A stretch of 56,887 bases of DNA from an uncultured Clostridia bacterium (GCA_947627755.1 CANQXD010000005.1:1-56887); one strand, 5' to 3'; shown: positions 10,076 to 20,326, counted from the stretch's first letter. Notes: generated by a model from the sequence alone, not told the origin. Numbers and translations are program-made.

Positions 10076-11559
10076 TTACTTTTCACAAACGTTCCAAACA
10101 AAACCAATAAAACAAAATAAAGAAAAACAAAAATACCACCATAAACCAAAAACTCTGAAAAAGAATCAGTAGTAAAAAAAGAAGAAAAAATAATATTTAA
10201 AAAGAAAATACTAAGAAAAGGCTTAATTAGCCAATCCATAAAATTTATCTTAAAATGAGTATGCTTAATAAGAAGGCATAAACTTAATAAACCATTAACA
10301 ATCTCACTTACAAATAAAACCATAATATACCCTTTTATACCTTGCACAGGAAGTAAAAAATAAATTAAGCAAATACTAGAAATTAAATCAATAATGTTAA
10401 TACCCATAACACTTACTTGTTTATCAAGTCCCTTTAAAATATTATCCACAATATTATCAATATACATAAACACAATCAAAGGACACAAAAGCTTAATATA
10501 AAAAGCAATATCAATATTAGGATAAATATAATCATTTAACTCTTGAGCAAAGCACCAAAAAAAGCCCATAATCAAAAAAGAAAAAATAAAACAATACTTA
10601 AATATCTTGTGAAAAGCAAAATGCATCCTTTGTTCATCTTTCCTTGCATTAAGATAAGAAAACTCAGGAATAAGAAGTGAGCTAAAAGAAGAAATAAACG
10701 TGCAAGGAAAAAGAATAAGAGGCATAACCATACCATGAATCATTCCATAAGAAGAAAGAGCGCCTTCACAAGAAAGTCCAGACTTTTCTAACTGAGTTGG
10801 AATAAGCAATTGCTTTAAAGTAGAAAGCCCAGAGCGAATATAAGAAGTAAAAGAAATAGGCAAAGAAATCTTTAAAATTTGTTTCGTATAATTAGTATCC
10901 TTAAAACTAGGCGCAGTTAACCTTCGCTTATCTCGTAAAAACAAAAAAAGTAAAAATAAAAAAGAAAGAAACTCAGAAATCAAACTACCAAGCACTAAAG
11001 AAATACAAGCATATTCTAAACCAGAAGGAAAGAAAGAGTTTAGAAAAAAAGAAATAAGTGTAATCTTACAAAATTCCTCTAAAACTTGAGTATATACAGT
11101 CTTTTTCACTTTTCTAAGAGCAGAAAAATACCCATTCATACAAGAAGAAAGAGAAAGAAAAGGAAGCGAAAAAGCTAAAATACGTAAAGGAAAAGGAGAA
11201 ACCTTATCATGTAAGCAAGCAGTAGTAAGAAAAGGAGCGCAAGTAAACAATAAAAAGCATGCAAAACAACCCATAACAAGGCTATAAGTCAAACACTTCT
11301 TCATAGCCTTCTTAATGCCAGCCTCTAATCCAAAAGCTTCTTGCTCAGAAACAATACGAGTAGTAGCCAAATGAATACCAGAATTAGCAAGAACAGTAGC
11401 AAAAAGATAAACAGACATCATAAGCTGATAAACACCAATAGCCTCACTACCAATCTTATTCGAAATATAAACATTAAAAAACATACCAATACTGCGCATC
11501 ACAAGCCCAGTTAAGGTAAGCAAAATCCCATTAAATAAAAAAACTTGAATACGTCTCAA
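10066..11559 (-). CDS. spoVB: Stage V sporulation protein B-like MOP/MurJ-family flippase
   Basis: 497 aa and polytopic. N-terminus GILLTLTGLVMRSIGMFFNVYISNKIGSEAIGVYQLMMSVY is typical of SpoVB/polysaccharide-biosynthesis flippases. Confidence 0.7.
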   Translation of the reverse strand: MRRIQVFLFNGILLTLTGLVMRSIGMFFNVYISNKIGSEAIGVYQLMMSVYLFATVLANSGIHLATTRIVSEQEAFGLEAGIKKAMKKCLTYSLVMGCFACFLLFTCAPFLTTACLHDKVSPFPLRILAFSLPFLSLSSCMNGYFSALRKVKKTVYTQVLEEFCKITLISFFLNSFFPSGLEYACISLVLGSLISEFLSFLFLLFLFLRDKRRLTAPSFKDTNYTKQILKISLPISFTSYIRSGLSTLKQLLIPTQLEKSGLSCEGALSSYGMIHGMVMPLILFPCTFISSFSSLLIPEFSYLNARKDEQRMHFAFHKIFKYCFIFSFLIMGFFWCFAQELNDYIYPNIDIAFYIKLLCPLIVFMYIDNIVDNILKGLDKQVSVMGINIIDLISSICLIYFLLPVQGIKGYIMVLFVSEIVNGLLSLCLLIKHTHFKINFMDWLIKPFLSIFFLNIIFSSFFTTDSFSEFLVYGGIFVFLYFVLLVLFGTFVKSKKK

Positions 11560-11755
11560 AATATCACCTAACCCAATATATGTATGAGAAAATGAAAAAA
11601 TGTTATATTTTAAGAACGGAGTAAAAAATCAAAAATAAGTATTTACATAAAGAACAAAATGTGATAAAATAAAAAAATCAACTTTTTAAGATTACAATTA
11701 TTTTTGTAATCTAGTAACCAACTAACAAGCAAATATAGAAAATAGGAGGAGCAAT

Positions 11756-12016
11756 ATGGCAGGATGGACAATTGACGACCGGTTAGAAAGTGCAGCAAGC
11801 TGCGGAGAGATGGAAATTGATCTGTTTCTTTGGAGAAAAACAATTTCTCAGCTCAGAGCAAATGGCTTAAAGGTAACCGAAAAATTTCCGTCAAAGCGAA
11901 AAGGAGAGGTTTATTGTAATATCAGCTGGGCAAATGCAAACCCCTCAGAAACAACTGGAAGTGTTACACAGGCAAACCATCTGTATGGAATTGCCCAAAA
12001 AGCAAAAGAATCATAA
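11756..12016 (+). CDS. Small hypothetical protein (86 aa) with atypically high GC (about 42%)
   Basis: Good RBS (aggagg, 6 nt spacer) and a strong terminator downstream. Composition differs sharply from its surroundings. Confidence 0.5.
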   Translation: MAGWTIDDRLESAASCGEMEIDLFLWRKTISQLRANGLKVTEKFPSKRKGEVYCNISWANANPSETTGSVTQANHLYGIAQKAKES

Positions 12017-12020
12017 TGCA

Positions 12021-12050
12021 AAAGGGACCTAAGAATTCTTAGGTCCTTTT
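12021..12050 (+). terminator. Rho-independent terminator
   Basis: ggacctaag-aatt-cttaggtcc stem followed by tttt. Confidence 0.75.
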
Positions 12051-12210
12051 ACGTAGAAAAAATTATATAAAATGTAAAAGGAAAAATATATAAGCAAGAA
12101 AAGGTCAAACACACATTTCACGCTCTTTCATATTATAGTGTAAAGGAATGAAAAGTTGAATAATATCGTAAATATGAAATTATTGAACAAATTTTGCACC
12201 TTGGAAAGGA

Positions 12211-13449
12211 ATGATTAGAAATATGAAAAAAATAAGATTGATTGTATGCCTTATCATATTTATTTTTCCAATGTACATATTAGTAGGACCAGTCTATGCA
12301 TTTGGACCATCCAGTCCTACAATTTACCAAGGAATTGATGTAAGCGGTTGGCAAGAAAATATAAATTATTCGCAAGTAGCAGAAAGTGGCATTCAAATTG
12401 TATATATGAAAGCAAGTGAAGGAAGCAACTTTGTAGATCCATACTTTGAGCAAAACTATACCAATGCCAAAGCAAATGGACTAAAAGTAGGATTTTATCA
12501 CTATTTAACAGCAAGAAGTGAGCAAGAAGCGGTAGTAGAAGCAAACTTCTTTGTATCCACTATTTCAGGAAAAACGCCAGACTGCAGACTAGCCATGGAC
12601 TTTGAAAGCTTTGGAAACTTGAGCGTAGAAGAAATCAATCAAATTGGACTTACCTTTGTAAGAACAGTCGAAACCTTAAGTGGAAAAGAAGTAGTTATAT
12701 ATAGCGATACCAGCAATGCTTCTAATATATTTGGAGGAGAGCTAACCAATTATCCTCTATGGGTAGCGCAATATGAAGTAGAAGAACCTACTCCGAACGG
12801 AAATTGGAATTCATGGGTAGGCTGGCAATATACAGACTTAGGAGAAATTGCAGGCATTAACGGTTATGTAGATAGAGATGAATTTACAGAAGGAATCTTT
12901 TTAAACACATCATCTGAAATACCACTTCCAGAAAACACAAATAAACCAGTAGCAGGAAAAACCATGGAAATTATTATACAAAGAGGAGACACCTTAACAG
13001 AACTTGCCATCAAATATAACACAACAGTAGCAAGGCTAGTAGAACTTAATAACATAGCAAATCCAAACTTAATATATGCAGGGGCAACACTTATTGTACC
13101 GAGCGGAGAAACAGCTATGGATAGTGACGGAAACTCGACCTCTGGCCAAACCATTTACATTGTGCAAAAAGGAGACACTTTAGACCAAATTGCAGCAGAA
13201 TTTGGAACAACAGCCATTGCAATTGCAAAAGAAAACAATATCAGAAATATCAATCTTATATATGTAGGGCAAAGACTAATCATACCAACAAATCGCTATG
13301 ACTTAAATCATATCATTTATAAAATACAATATGGAGACACCCTATATTCAATTTCAAGAAGATATGGAGTTAGCATTGCAACCATAGTAAGACTAAATCG
13401 AATCAAAAATCCAAACCTAATATATGCAGGGCAAACATTAAGAATATAA
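12211..13449 (+). CDS. Secreted GH25 muramidase with three C-terminal LysM repeats
   Basis: Signal-like N-terminus. GIDVSGWQENINY..VYMKASEG..GFYHY matches GH25. Three GDTL..IA..Y..T...L...N.I.NPNLIYAGQ.L.IP LysM units. Confidence 0.9.
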   Translation: MIRNMKKIRLIVCLIIFIFPMYILVGPVYAFGPSSPTIYQGIDVSGWQENINYSQVAESGIQIVYMKASEGSNFVDPYFEQNYTNAKANGLKVGFYHYLTARSEQEAVVEANFFVSTISGKTPDCRLAMDFESFGNLSVEEINQIGLTFVRTVETLSGKEVVIYSDTSNASNIFGGELTNYPLWVAQYEVEEPTPNGNWNSWVGWQYTDLGEIAGINGYVDRDEFTEGIFLNTSSEIPLPENTNKPVAGKTMEIIIQRGDTLTELAIKYNTTVARLVELNNIANPNLIYAGATLIVPSGETAMDSDGNSTSGQTIYIVQKGDTLDQIAAEFGTTAIAIAKENNIRNINLIYVGQRLIIPTNRYDLNHIIYKIQYGDTLYSISRRYGVSIATIVRLNRIKNPNLIYAGQTLRI

Positions 13450-13498
13450 AACAAGATTTGCACCAAACTAAATAAGTTTTCATAAAATGTAATAAAAG

Positions 13499-13536
13499 AT
13501 GTCTCTTTGGGGACGTTTTCTAAAGAGACATTTTTA
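13499..13536 (+). terminator. Terminator hairpin with a GGGGACG-containing loop
   Basis: atgtctcttt / aaagagacat 10-bp perfect stem, loop ggggacgttttct, then ttttt. Confidence 0.7.
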
Positions 13537-13556
13537 AAAATGTTTCATAAAAAAAA

Positions 13557-13617
13557 GCACCAAAAGGGACAGATATACCAAAAGGAAACGTCCCCAATGG
13601 TATCCCCAATGGTACCC
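13557..13617 (+). repeat. GGGGAC-core repeat, type A copy 1
   Basis: gcaccaaaagggacagatataccaaaaggaaacgtccccaatggta, with the last 12 nt (tccccaatggta) tandemly duplicated. Near-identical to 22575-22619 and to the reverse complement of 22497-22544. Confidence 0.8.
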
Positions 13618-13643
13618 AAAAAAGAAACAAAGGTAGGTGCAAG

Positions 13644-14387
13644 ATGAAAGAAGTTTTAAAAGTAAAAAACATAAGCAAAAAATACCAAGCAGAAAATGGA
13701 GAAGTAGAAGCATTAAAAAATATTAGTTTTTCAATTAAAGAAGGTGAATTTGTAAGCTTAATTGGACCAAGTGGATGTGGAAAATCAACAGTACTATCAA
13801 TTATTGCAGGGTTAGAAGAAAAAAACTCTGGTACAATAGAAATAGATGGAGAAATTGGTTATATGCTACAAAAAGACAGTCTTTTAGAATGGCTTACAAT
13901 ATATAAAAATGCACTTTTTGGCTTAGAAATACGAAAACAAAAAACAAAGGAAAATGTGGAATATGTGGATAACTTACTAAAAAAATATAATTTATATGAA
14001 TTTAAAGACAAATATCCAAACCAACTATCTGGAGGAATGAGGCAAAGAGCAGCGCTTATTCGTACCCTAGCCATAAAGCCAAAAATTCTACTATTAGATG
14101 AAGCCTTTTCTGCACTAGATTATCAAACAAGAATAATGGTAACAAAAGATATTTATGATATTCTAAAAAATGAACACATTACAACCTTAATGGTAACACA
14201 TGACATTTCAGAAGCAATAAGTATGTCAGACAGAGTAATTGTTCTAAGTAATAGACCAGCAGTAGTAAAAGAAATTCATAACATAGAATTTGAAATAGAA
14301 AATAGAACACCACTAAACTGTAGAGAAAGTCCAAAATTTAGTAAATACTTTGATACCATTTGGAAAGGACTAGATGTACATGGATAA
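13644..14387 (+). CDS. ABC transporter ATP-binding protein (NitT/TauT-type)
   Basis: Walker A GPSGCGKST, signature LSGGMRQR, Walker B LLLDEAFSALD. Confidence 0.9.
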   Translation: MKEVLKVKNISKKYQAENGEVEALKNISFSIKEGEFVSLIGPSGCGKSTVLSIIAGLEEKNSGTIEIDGEIGYMLQKDSLLEWLTIYKNALFGLEIRKQKTKENVEYVDNLLKKYNLYEFKDKYPNQLSGGMRQRAALIRTLAIKPKILLLDEAFSALDYQTRIMVTKDIYDILKNEHITTLMVTHDISEAISMSDRVIVLSNRPAVVKEIHNIEFEIENRTPLNCRESPKFSKYFDTIWKGLDVHG

Positions 14388-15181
14388 AGAAATAAAGATA
14401 TCAGAAGATAGAAAAAAATATTTACAAAAGAGAAAAAGGGAAAAAATACTCATCAAAATAGTACAATTTAGTATAATTATAGGCATAATTGTATTGTGGG
14501 AAGTACTTGCAAATCAAGGAATTATTGATAGTTTCATCATGAGCCAGCCATCTCGAATGGTAAAAACATTTTTTAATTTATCTAGCAATAATTTATTAGA
14601 ACATTTAAAAGTAACCTGTTTAGAAACCCTAATAGGATTTCTATTAGGAACATTTTTAGGAGCAATCATTGCTATTTTCTTATGGTGGTCAAGGTTCCTA
14701 TCAAAAGTAGCAGAGCCATTTTTAGTAGTATTAAACAGCCTTCCAAAAGTAGCACTTCGGACCAGTTATAATTATTTGGGTAGGAGCGGGAATGCCAGCC
14801 ATTATTGTAATGGCATTAGCAATTTCATTAGTTGTCACCATACTAGAAATATTAAATGGATTCTTAAATACAGACAAAGAACTAATAAAAATGGCAAAAA
14901 CCTTCCATGCCAACAAATTTCAAATATTAACAAGAATTATCATTCCTGCCAACAAACACACCTTCTTTAACTCCTTAAAAGTCAACATTGGACTATCTTT
15001 AGTAGGTGTTATTACAGGAGAATTCTTAGTTTCTAAAGCAGGACTTGGTTATTTAATAGTATATGGTGGGCAAGTATTCCAACTAGACTTAGTAATGACA
15101 AGCGTTGTCATACTTGCAGTAGTTGCTTACATTATGTACCAAGCAGTCGTTTTATTAGAAAAATTAGCCGTAAAAAGGTAA
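14374..15181 (+). pseudogene. ABC transporter permease, split by one +1 frameshift
   Basis: ORFs 14374-14970 and 14792-15181 join if the C at 14758 is removed, giving NSLPKVALGPVIIIWVGAGMPAIIVMALAIS. Confidence 0.8.
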
Positions 15182-15220
15182 AACAGAGAAGAGGTGGAAT
15201 ATTCACCTCTTCTCTGTTTT
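15180..15220 (+). terminator. Rho-independent terminator
   Basis: aaaacagagaagaggtg / cacctcttctctgtttt, a perfect 17-bp stem. Confidence 0.8.
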
Positions 15221-15320
15221 ACGTAAATTACATAAAAATTTTGAAAATAACAATAAAAAACAAAAAAATCTTCAAACACAAAGTTACCATTATACCAAAA
15301 GCAGAATACAATATACAAGA

Positions 15321-16370
15321 ATGAAAACTCATTCAAAAAATAGGAAAGGAGAAAGAAAAGTGAAAAAATACTTAATAATAGCACTTATTGTTGTACTTAT
15401 TATAGTAGGGGTAGTCGTTTACTTTGTAACAAGAGAAGACACACAAACTAGCTCACTAACAAAAATACGTTTAAACGAAGTAACCCGTTCCGTCTTTTAT
15501 GCACCACAATATGTTGCAATAGCAAAAGGCTTTATGGAAGAAGAAGGCTTAGAAATTGAAATCACCACAGGGCAAGGAGCAGACAAAGTAATGACAGCAG
15601 TCTTAGCAGGGCAAAGTGACATAGGATTTGCAGGACCAGAAGCATCAATTTATGTATATAATGAAGGAAAAGAAGACTACTGCGAAGTCTTTGCACAATT
15701 AACCCAAAAAGATGGTTCCTTCTTAGTAAGTAGAGAGCCAACTGACAACTTTAGTTGGCAAGACTTAAAAGGAAAAACCGTAATACCAGGAAGAAAAGGT
15801 GGAGTTCCATATATGACCTTTGAATATGTACTAAAACAAAATGGAATCAATCCACAAACAGACCTAATCTTAGACGATAGCATCAAATTTGACTTAATGG
15901 CAGGAGCATTTTCAGGAGGAACAGCAGACTATGTTACACTATTTGAGCCAACAGCAACCATGACAGAACAAGCAGGCAAAGGATATGTAGTAGCATCTGT
16001 CGGAGAAGCCTCTGGCGAAATACCATACACAGCATACTTTGCAAGCAAAAGTTATATAGAAAAAAACAGTGACATCATTCAAAAATTCACCAATGCAATT
16101 TATAAAGGACAAAAATGGGTAGCAGAACATAGCATGAAAGAAGTAGCAGAAGCAATACAAAGCTTCTTCCCAGACACAGACGTAGAACTACTAGCCACCG
16201 TTTTACAAAGCTATAAAGATATAGACGCATGGAAAACAGATCCAGTAATGAAAGAAGAATCATATAACCTATTACAAACAGTAATGGAAGAAGCAGGAGA
16301 ACTATCACAAAGAGCACCATTTGAAAAAGTAATCAACAATAGCTATGCCCAAAAAGCAATGGAACAATAA
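15321..16370 (+). CDS. ABC transporter substrate-binding protein (NMT1/THI5-like)
   Basis: N-terminal TM/signal anchor. FYAPQYVAIAKGFMEEEGLEIEI..GQGADKVM pattern. Start may be the GTG at 15360, after the aaaggag SD. Confidence 0.7.
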   Translation: MKTHSKNRKGERKVKKYLIIALIVVLIIVGVVVYFVTREDTQTSSLTKIRLNEVTRSVFYAPQYVAIAKGFMEEEGLEIEITTGQGADKVMTAVLAGQSDIGFAGPEASIYVYNEGKEDYCEVFAQLTQKDGSFLVSREPTDNFSWQDLKGKTVIPGRKGGVPYMTFEYVLKQNGINPQTDLILDDSIKFDLMAGAFSGGTADYVTLFEPTATMTEQAGKGYVVASVGEASGEIPYTAYFASKSYIEKNSDIIQKFTNAIYKGQKWVAEHSMKEVAEAIQSFFPDTDVELLATVLQSYKDIDAWKTDPVMKEESYNLLQTVMEEAGELSQRAPFEKVINNSYAQKAMEQ

Positions 16371-16382
16371 AAAAGAACAGGA

Positions 16383-16436
16383 GGGACGCCCCTTTTCGTT
16401 CCAAAATGGAACGCTGGGGACACCCCTTCCTTTTTA
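16383..16436 (+). repeat. GGGGAC-core repeat, type B copy 1 (structured terminator-like element)
   Basis: gggacgcccc-tttt-cgttcc-aaaat-ggaacg-ct-ggggacacccc followed by a T-rich tail. Lies immediately after the stop codon. Confidence 0.8.
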
Positions 16437-16482
16437 TAAAAATTACTTTGAAATTATACACTCAAAATCCACTAGCATTCAC

Positions 16483-17130
16483 TTAGTACAACAACCTAAT
16501 CTTATTCCCATTTTTCGAAATAAAACCCTCATCAATCAAACTCTTAATCTCTCTCATCATAGCACTTCTATCCACACTCAAATAATCAGCAAGAGTTGTT
16601 AAAGAAAAAGGAACAGTAATATTCTTACTAAAACTTTTCACCGATAAAATAGAAAAATAACTAAGCAATTTCTCTCTAATAGTCCTTTTCGATAAAATCT
16701 CAATTCTTGCATTCTGATGTACAACCTTATTCAAAATCAACTCCAAAAGAAGAGAAATAAGACTTGCATGAAACTTACAATTATTCTTACACTTTACATG
16801 AACATCATCATATAAGAACAAAAGAACTTCGCAATCCTCAGTTGCCAAAACAAATAACTCATTATTAGTATTAACAGGGTAAAAAGCCTCTCCAAAAATA
16901 TCATTTGCATTGAAGCGGTCAATAATATCTTTATTTCCATTGAAATCATAACGAATTAAATCAGCCTTTCCAGAAAGCAAAATACAAATTTGCCTTCTCT
17001 TTTCAATATAAGTAGTAATAATACTCCCCTTTGAAAAAAATTTCTTTTGCATTTTAACACAATCATTAGACATATCTTTAATTAAATCTAAATCATCCAT
17101 ACTAATCTCAAACCTTTCAAATACAAACAT
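16483..17130 (-). CDS. Crp/Fnr-family transcriptional regulator
   Basis: cNMP-binding-like beta-roll (GSIITTYIEK..ICILLSGKADLIRYDFNGNKDII..FGE) plus C-terminal HTH (TVPFSLTTLADYLSVDRSAMMREIKSL). Confidence 0.8.
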   Translation of the reverse strand: MFVFERFEISMDDLDLIKDMSNDCVKMQKKFFSKGSIITTYIEKRRQICILLSGKADLIRYDFNGNKDIIDRFNANDIFGEAFYPVNTNNELFVLATEDCEVLLFLYDDVHVKCKNNCKFHASLISLLLELILNKVVHQNARIEILSKRTIREKLLSYFSILSVKSFSKNITVPFSLTTLADYLSVDRSAMMREIKSLIDEGFISKNGNKIRLLY

Positions 17131-17340
17131 TTTTTATTCACGATAAAAAGTATCCAAACATAAAATTTTACTCTATTATTGCAAAAAACAAAAAGTTTGT
17201 CAAAAAATGCTTGTTTTTATTATGTTAAGATTATACCTCAAAAGCCTTGAAATTTCAACAAAAATTGACAAAATTTTTTTGTAACGAAAATGTAATATTC
17301 CTTCTTTACTTAGAAACACATAGACTACCAAAATAAAAAA

Positions 17341-17398
17341 AAATATTTTTTAAAATTGTTGCAAATGCAACAGAATTTAAAAAATATTTTTATATAAT
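17341..17398 (+). promoter_or_regulatory. nrdDG promoter region with CRP-type palindrome TGTTG-N6-CAACA and -10 TATAAT
   Basis: Palindrome at 17357-17372, nested in imperfect 23/24-nt inverted arms (17341-17363 / 17366-17389). TATAAT at 17393-17398 puts the palindrome centre near -40.5. Confidence 0.45.
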
Positions 17399-17439
17399 AA
17401 AGGCAGAACAAACAAAAAAATGAAGGGGGAGCCAAAGAA

Positions 17440-19566
17440 ATGAAGGTAATAAAAAGAGATGGAAGAGCAGTAGACTACAACAGAGAGAAAATTTCAACAG
17501 CAATTGAAAAAGCAAATAATGAAGTAAAACCAAGAGAAAGAGTAACAAAAGAAGAAATTAAAGAAATTATAAAATATATAGAAGATCTTGACAAGAAAAG
17601 AATTTTAGTAGAAGACATCCAAGACATTATTGAGCAACAATTAATGGACAGAAAAAAATTTGAGCTTGCCAAAAAATATATGATTTATCGTTACACAAGA
17701 GCATTAGTAAGAAAAGCAAATACAACAGATGAATCTATTTTAGGGTTAATAAAAAATCAAAACAAAGAACTATTAGAAGAAAATTCAAACAAAAATGCAG
17801 TTCTTGCCTCTACACAAAGAGACTACATTGCAGGAGAAGTTTCAAAAGACTTAACCAAAAGAATTTTATTACCAGAAAAAATCACAAAAGCACACGAAGA
17901 AGGAATCCTTCATTTCCACGATATGGACTATTTCTTACAACCAATATTCAACTGTTGCCTAATTAATATAGGAGACATGTTAGACAATGGAACAGTTATG
18001 AATGGAAAACTAATTGAATCTCCAAAAAGTTTCCAAGTAGCCTGCACTATTATGACACAAGTCATTGCAGCAGTTGCATCTAACCAATATGGTGGACAAT
18101 CTGTAGACATTAGCCACTTAGGAAAATACGTAAGAAAAAGCTATGACAAATTCAAAAAAGACTTTGAAGAAGAATTTGGTGACGAATTATCAGAAGACAT
18201 GATAGAAAGATTAACACAACAAAGATTGAAAAAAGAAATTTCAGCAGGTGTGCAAACTATTCAATATCAAATTAATACATTAATGACAACAAACGGACAA
18301 TCACCATTTGTTACCCTATTCTTAAACTTAAAGAAAGATGATCCATACATCAAAGAAAATGCTATGGTCATTGAAGAAATTATAAAACAAAGATATCAAG
18401 GCATCAAAAACGAAAAAGGAGTATATATTACACCAGCATTCCCAAAATTAGTTTATGTGCTAGATGAGCATAACTGCTTAAAAGGTGGAGAATACGATTA
18501 TCTAACAAAACTTGCAGTAAAATGTTCAGCAAAAAGACTATATCCAGACTATATCTCAGCAAAGAAAATGCGTGAAAACTATGAAGGAAACGTATTTAGT
18601 CCAATGGGTTGTAGAAGTTTCTTATCACCATGGAAAGATGAAAACGGAGAATACAAATTTGAAGGAAGATTCAACCAAGGTGTAGTTAGCATCAATTTAC
18701 CACAAATAGGTATCATTGCAGACGGAGACGAAGAAAAATTCTGGAAATTATTAGATGAAAGACTAGAACTATGTAAAGAAGCTTTAATGTGCAGACACTA
18801 TGCTTTACTTGGAACCTTAAGCAATACAAGCCCAATTCACTGGAGATATGGAGCAATCGCTCGTATGGAACCAGGAGAAAAAATAGATAAACTATTAAAA
18901 GACGGATATTCAACACTTTCACTAGGTTACATTGGAATTTACGAAGTAACAAAAGCAATGAAAGGTGTATCACATACAACAGAAGAAGGACATGAATTTG
19001 CAATAAAAGTTATGAAACGTCTAAAAGAAGCAACACAACAATGGAAAAAAGAAACCGGACTTGGCTTTGCACTATATGGAACACCAGCAGAAAGCTTATG
19101 CTATCGTTTTGCTAGAATAGACAAAGACAAATATGGAGAAATCAAAGACATTACAGACAAAGGTTACTATACAAATTCTTATCATGTAGACGTAAGAGAA
19201 AAAATAGACGCATTCAAAAAACTATCTTTTGAAAGTGAATTCCAAACATTATCTACAGGAGGAGCAATTTCCTATATAGAAATACCAAACATGAGACACA
19301 ACCTAAAAGCATTAGAAGATGTTGTAAAATTCATATATGACAACATTCAATATGCAGAATTTAACACAAAATCAGACTACTGTCATGTTTGCGGATTTGA
19401 CGGAGAAATAATCATCAATGATAACTTAGAATGGGAATGTCCAAACTGTGGAAATAAAGATAAAAACAAAATGAATGTAACAAGACGTACCTGTGGTTAC
19501 TTAGGAGAAAACTTCTGGAATGAAGGAAAAACAAAAGAAATAAAATCAAGAGTATTACACTTATAA
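17440..19566 (+). CDS. nrdD: Anaerobic ribonucleoside-triphosphate reductase
   Basis: N-terminal ATP-cone (VIKRDGRAVDYNREKI), C-terminal Zn ribbon CHVCG..CPNCG and glycyl-radical motif RRTCGYLG. Confidence 0.95.
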   Translation: MKVIKRDGRAVDYNREKISTAIEKANNEVKPRERVTKEEIKEIIKYIEDLDKKRILVEDIQDIIEQQLMDRKKFELAKKYMIYRYTRALVRKANTTDESILGLIKNQNKELLEENSNKNAVLASTQRDYIAGEVSKDLTKRILLPEKITKAHEEGILHFHDMDYFLQPIFNCCLINIGDMLDNGTVMNGKLIESPKSFQVACTIMTQVIAAVASNQYGGQSVDISHLGKYVRKSYDKFKKDFEEEFGDELSEDMIERLTQQRLKKEISAGVQTIQYQINTLMTTNGQSPFVTLFLNLKKDDPYIKENAMVIEEIIKQRYQGIKNEKGVYITPAFPKLVYVLDEHNCLKGGEYDYLTKLAVKCSAKRLYPDYISAKKMRENYEGNVFSPMGCRSFLSPWKDENGEYKFEGRFNQGVVSINLPQIGIIADGDEEKFWKLLDERLELCKEALMCRHYALLGTLSNTSPIHWRYGAIARMEPGEKIDKLLKDGYSTLSLGYIGIYEVTKAMKGVSHTTEEGHEFAIKVMKRLKEATQQWKKETGLGFALYGTPAESLCYRFARIDKDKYGEIKDITDKGYYTNSYHVDVREKIDAFKKLSFESEFQTLSTGGAISYIEIPNMRHNLKALEDVVKFIYDNIQYAEFNTKSDYCHVCGFDGEIIINDNLEWECPNCGNKDKNKMNVTRRTCGYLGENFWNEGKTKEIKSRVLHL

Positions 19567-19654
19567 AAATAACACAAAAAACTCGGGGCACTTTATACAT
19601 ACAGAAGTGCTAAGAAGAAAAAAGTGTCCCCACAAAAGAAATGAGGAAACAAAC

Positions 19655-20200
19655 ATGAACTATGCAAAAATAAAAAATTGTGATGTTGCAAATGGCCCAG
19701 GAGTTAGAGTATCACTATTTGTAAGTGGATGTAACCATCATTGTAAAAACTGTTTCAATCGTGAAGCATGGGACTTTAACTATGGAGACGAATTCACAAG
19801 TAAGCAAGAAGAAGAAATAATAGAAGATTTAAAACCAGACTACATTACAGGGTTAAGCCTTTTAGGAGGAGAGCCATTCGAACAAACAAACCAAGAAGGA
19901 CTAGCACCACTTGTAAAAAAAGTAAAAGAAACATACCCAGACAAAAAAATATGGTGTTACACAGGATTTACCTTCGACAAACAAATTCTAGGACAAATGA
20001 TACAAGAAGAACATAGAGAAACCACAAAAGAAATGCTACAAAACATAGATTACATAGTAGACGGAAGATTCGTAGAAGAACTAAAAGATCCAAAACTAAG
20101 ATTTAGAGGTTCAAGCAATCAAAGAATAATAGATGTAAAAAAGAGCCTAGAGCAAAATGACATTGTTATCTGGGATGGACTAAACAAAGATATAGGTTAA
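19655..20200 (+). CDS. nrdG: Anaerobic RNR activating protein (radical SAM)
   Basis: DVANGPGVRVSLFVSGCNHHCKNCFN cluster. ATG at 19655 preceded by gaggaaac. Confidence 0.9.
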   Translation: MNYAKIKNCDVANGPGVRVSLFVSGCNHHCKNCFNREAWDFNYGDEFTSKQEEEIIEDLKPDYITGLSLLGGEPFEQTNQEGLAPLVKKVKETYPDKKIWCYTGFTFDKQILGQMIQEEHRETTKEMLQNIDYIVDGRFVEELKDPKLRFRGSSNQRIIDVKKSLEQNDIVIWDGLNKDIG

Positions 20201-20206
20201 ACAGGA

Positions 20207-20259
20207 GGGACGCCCCTTTTCGTTCCATTTTGGAACGTTGGGGGACACCCTTTTTTTTT
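20207..20259 (+). repeat. GGGGAC-core repeat, type B copy 2
   Basis: gggacgcccc-tttt-cgttcc-atttt-ggaacg-tt-gggggacaccc followed by T9. Confidence 0.8.
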
Positions 20260-20326
20260 ATATAGAAAAAAACTTTATTGATATTTTATTTTATATTACA
20301 TTTTTATGACAAATTGTTAATAAATA

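Noticed and set aside
13450-13643. TPP (or other) riboswitch upstream of the NMT1/THI5-like ABC importer
   Set aside because: The conserved TPP elements (CUGAGA, ACCUGAUCUGGAUAAUGCCAGCG-like) are absent. The structured sequence here is a copy of the type A repeat, which also occurs elsewhere in inverted orientation.
16345-16602. 85-aa + strand ORF after the substrate-binding protein gene
   Set aside because: It runs through the type B repeat/terminator and then antisense into the 3' end of the Crp/Fnr gene. It has no RBS.
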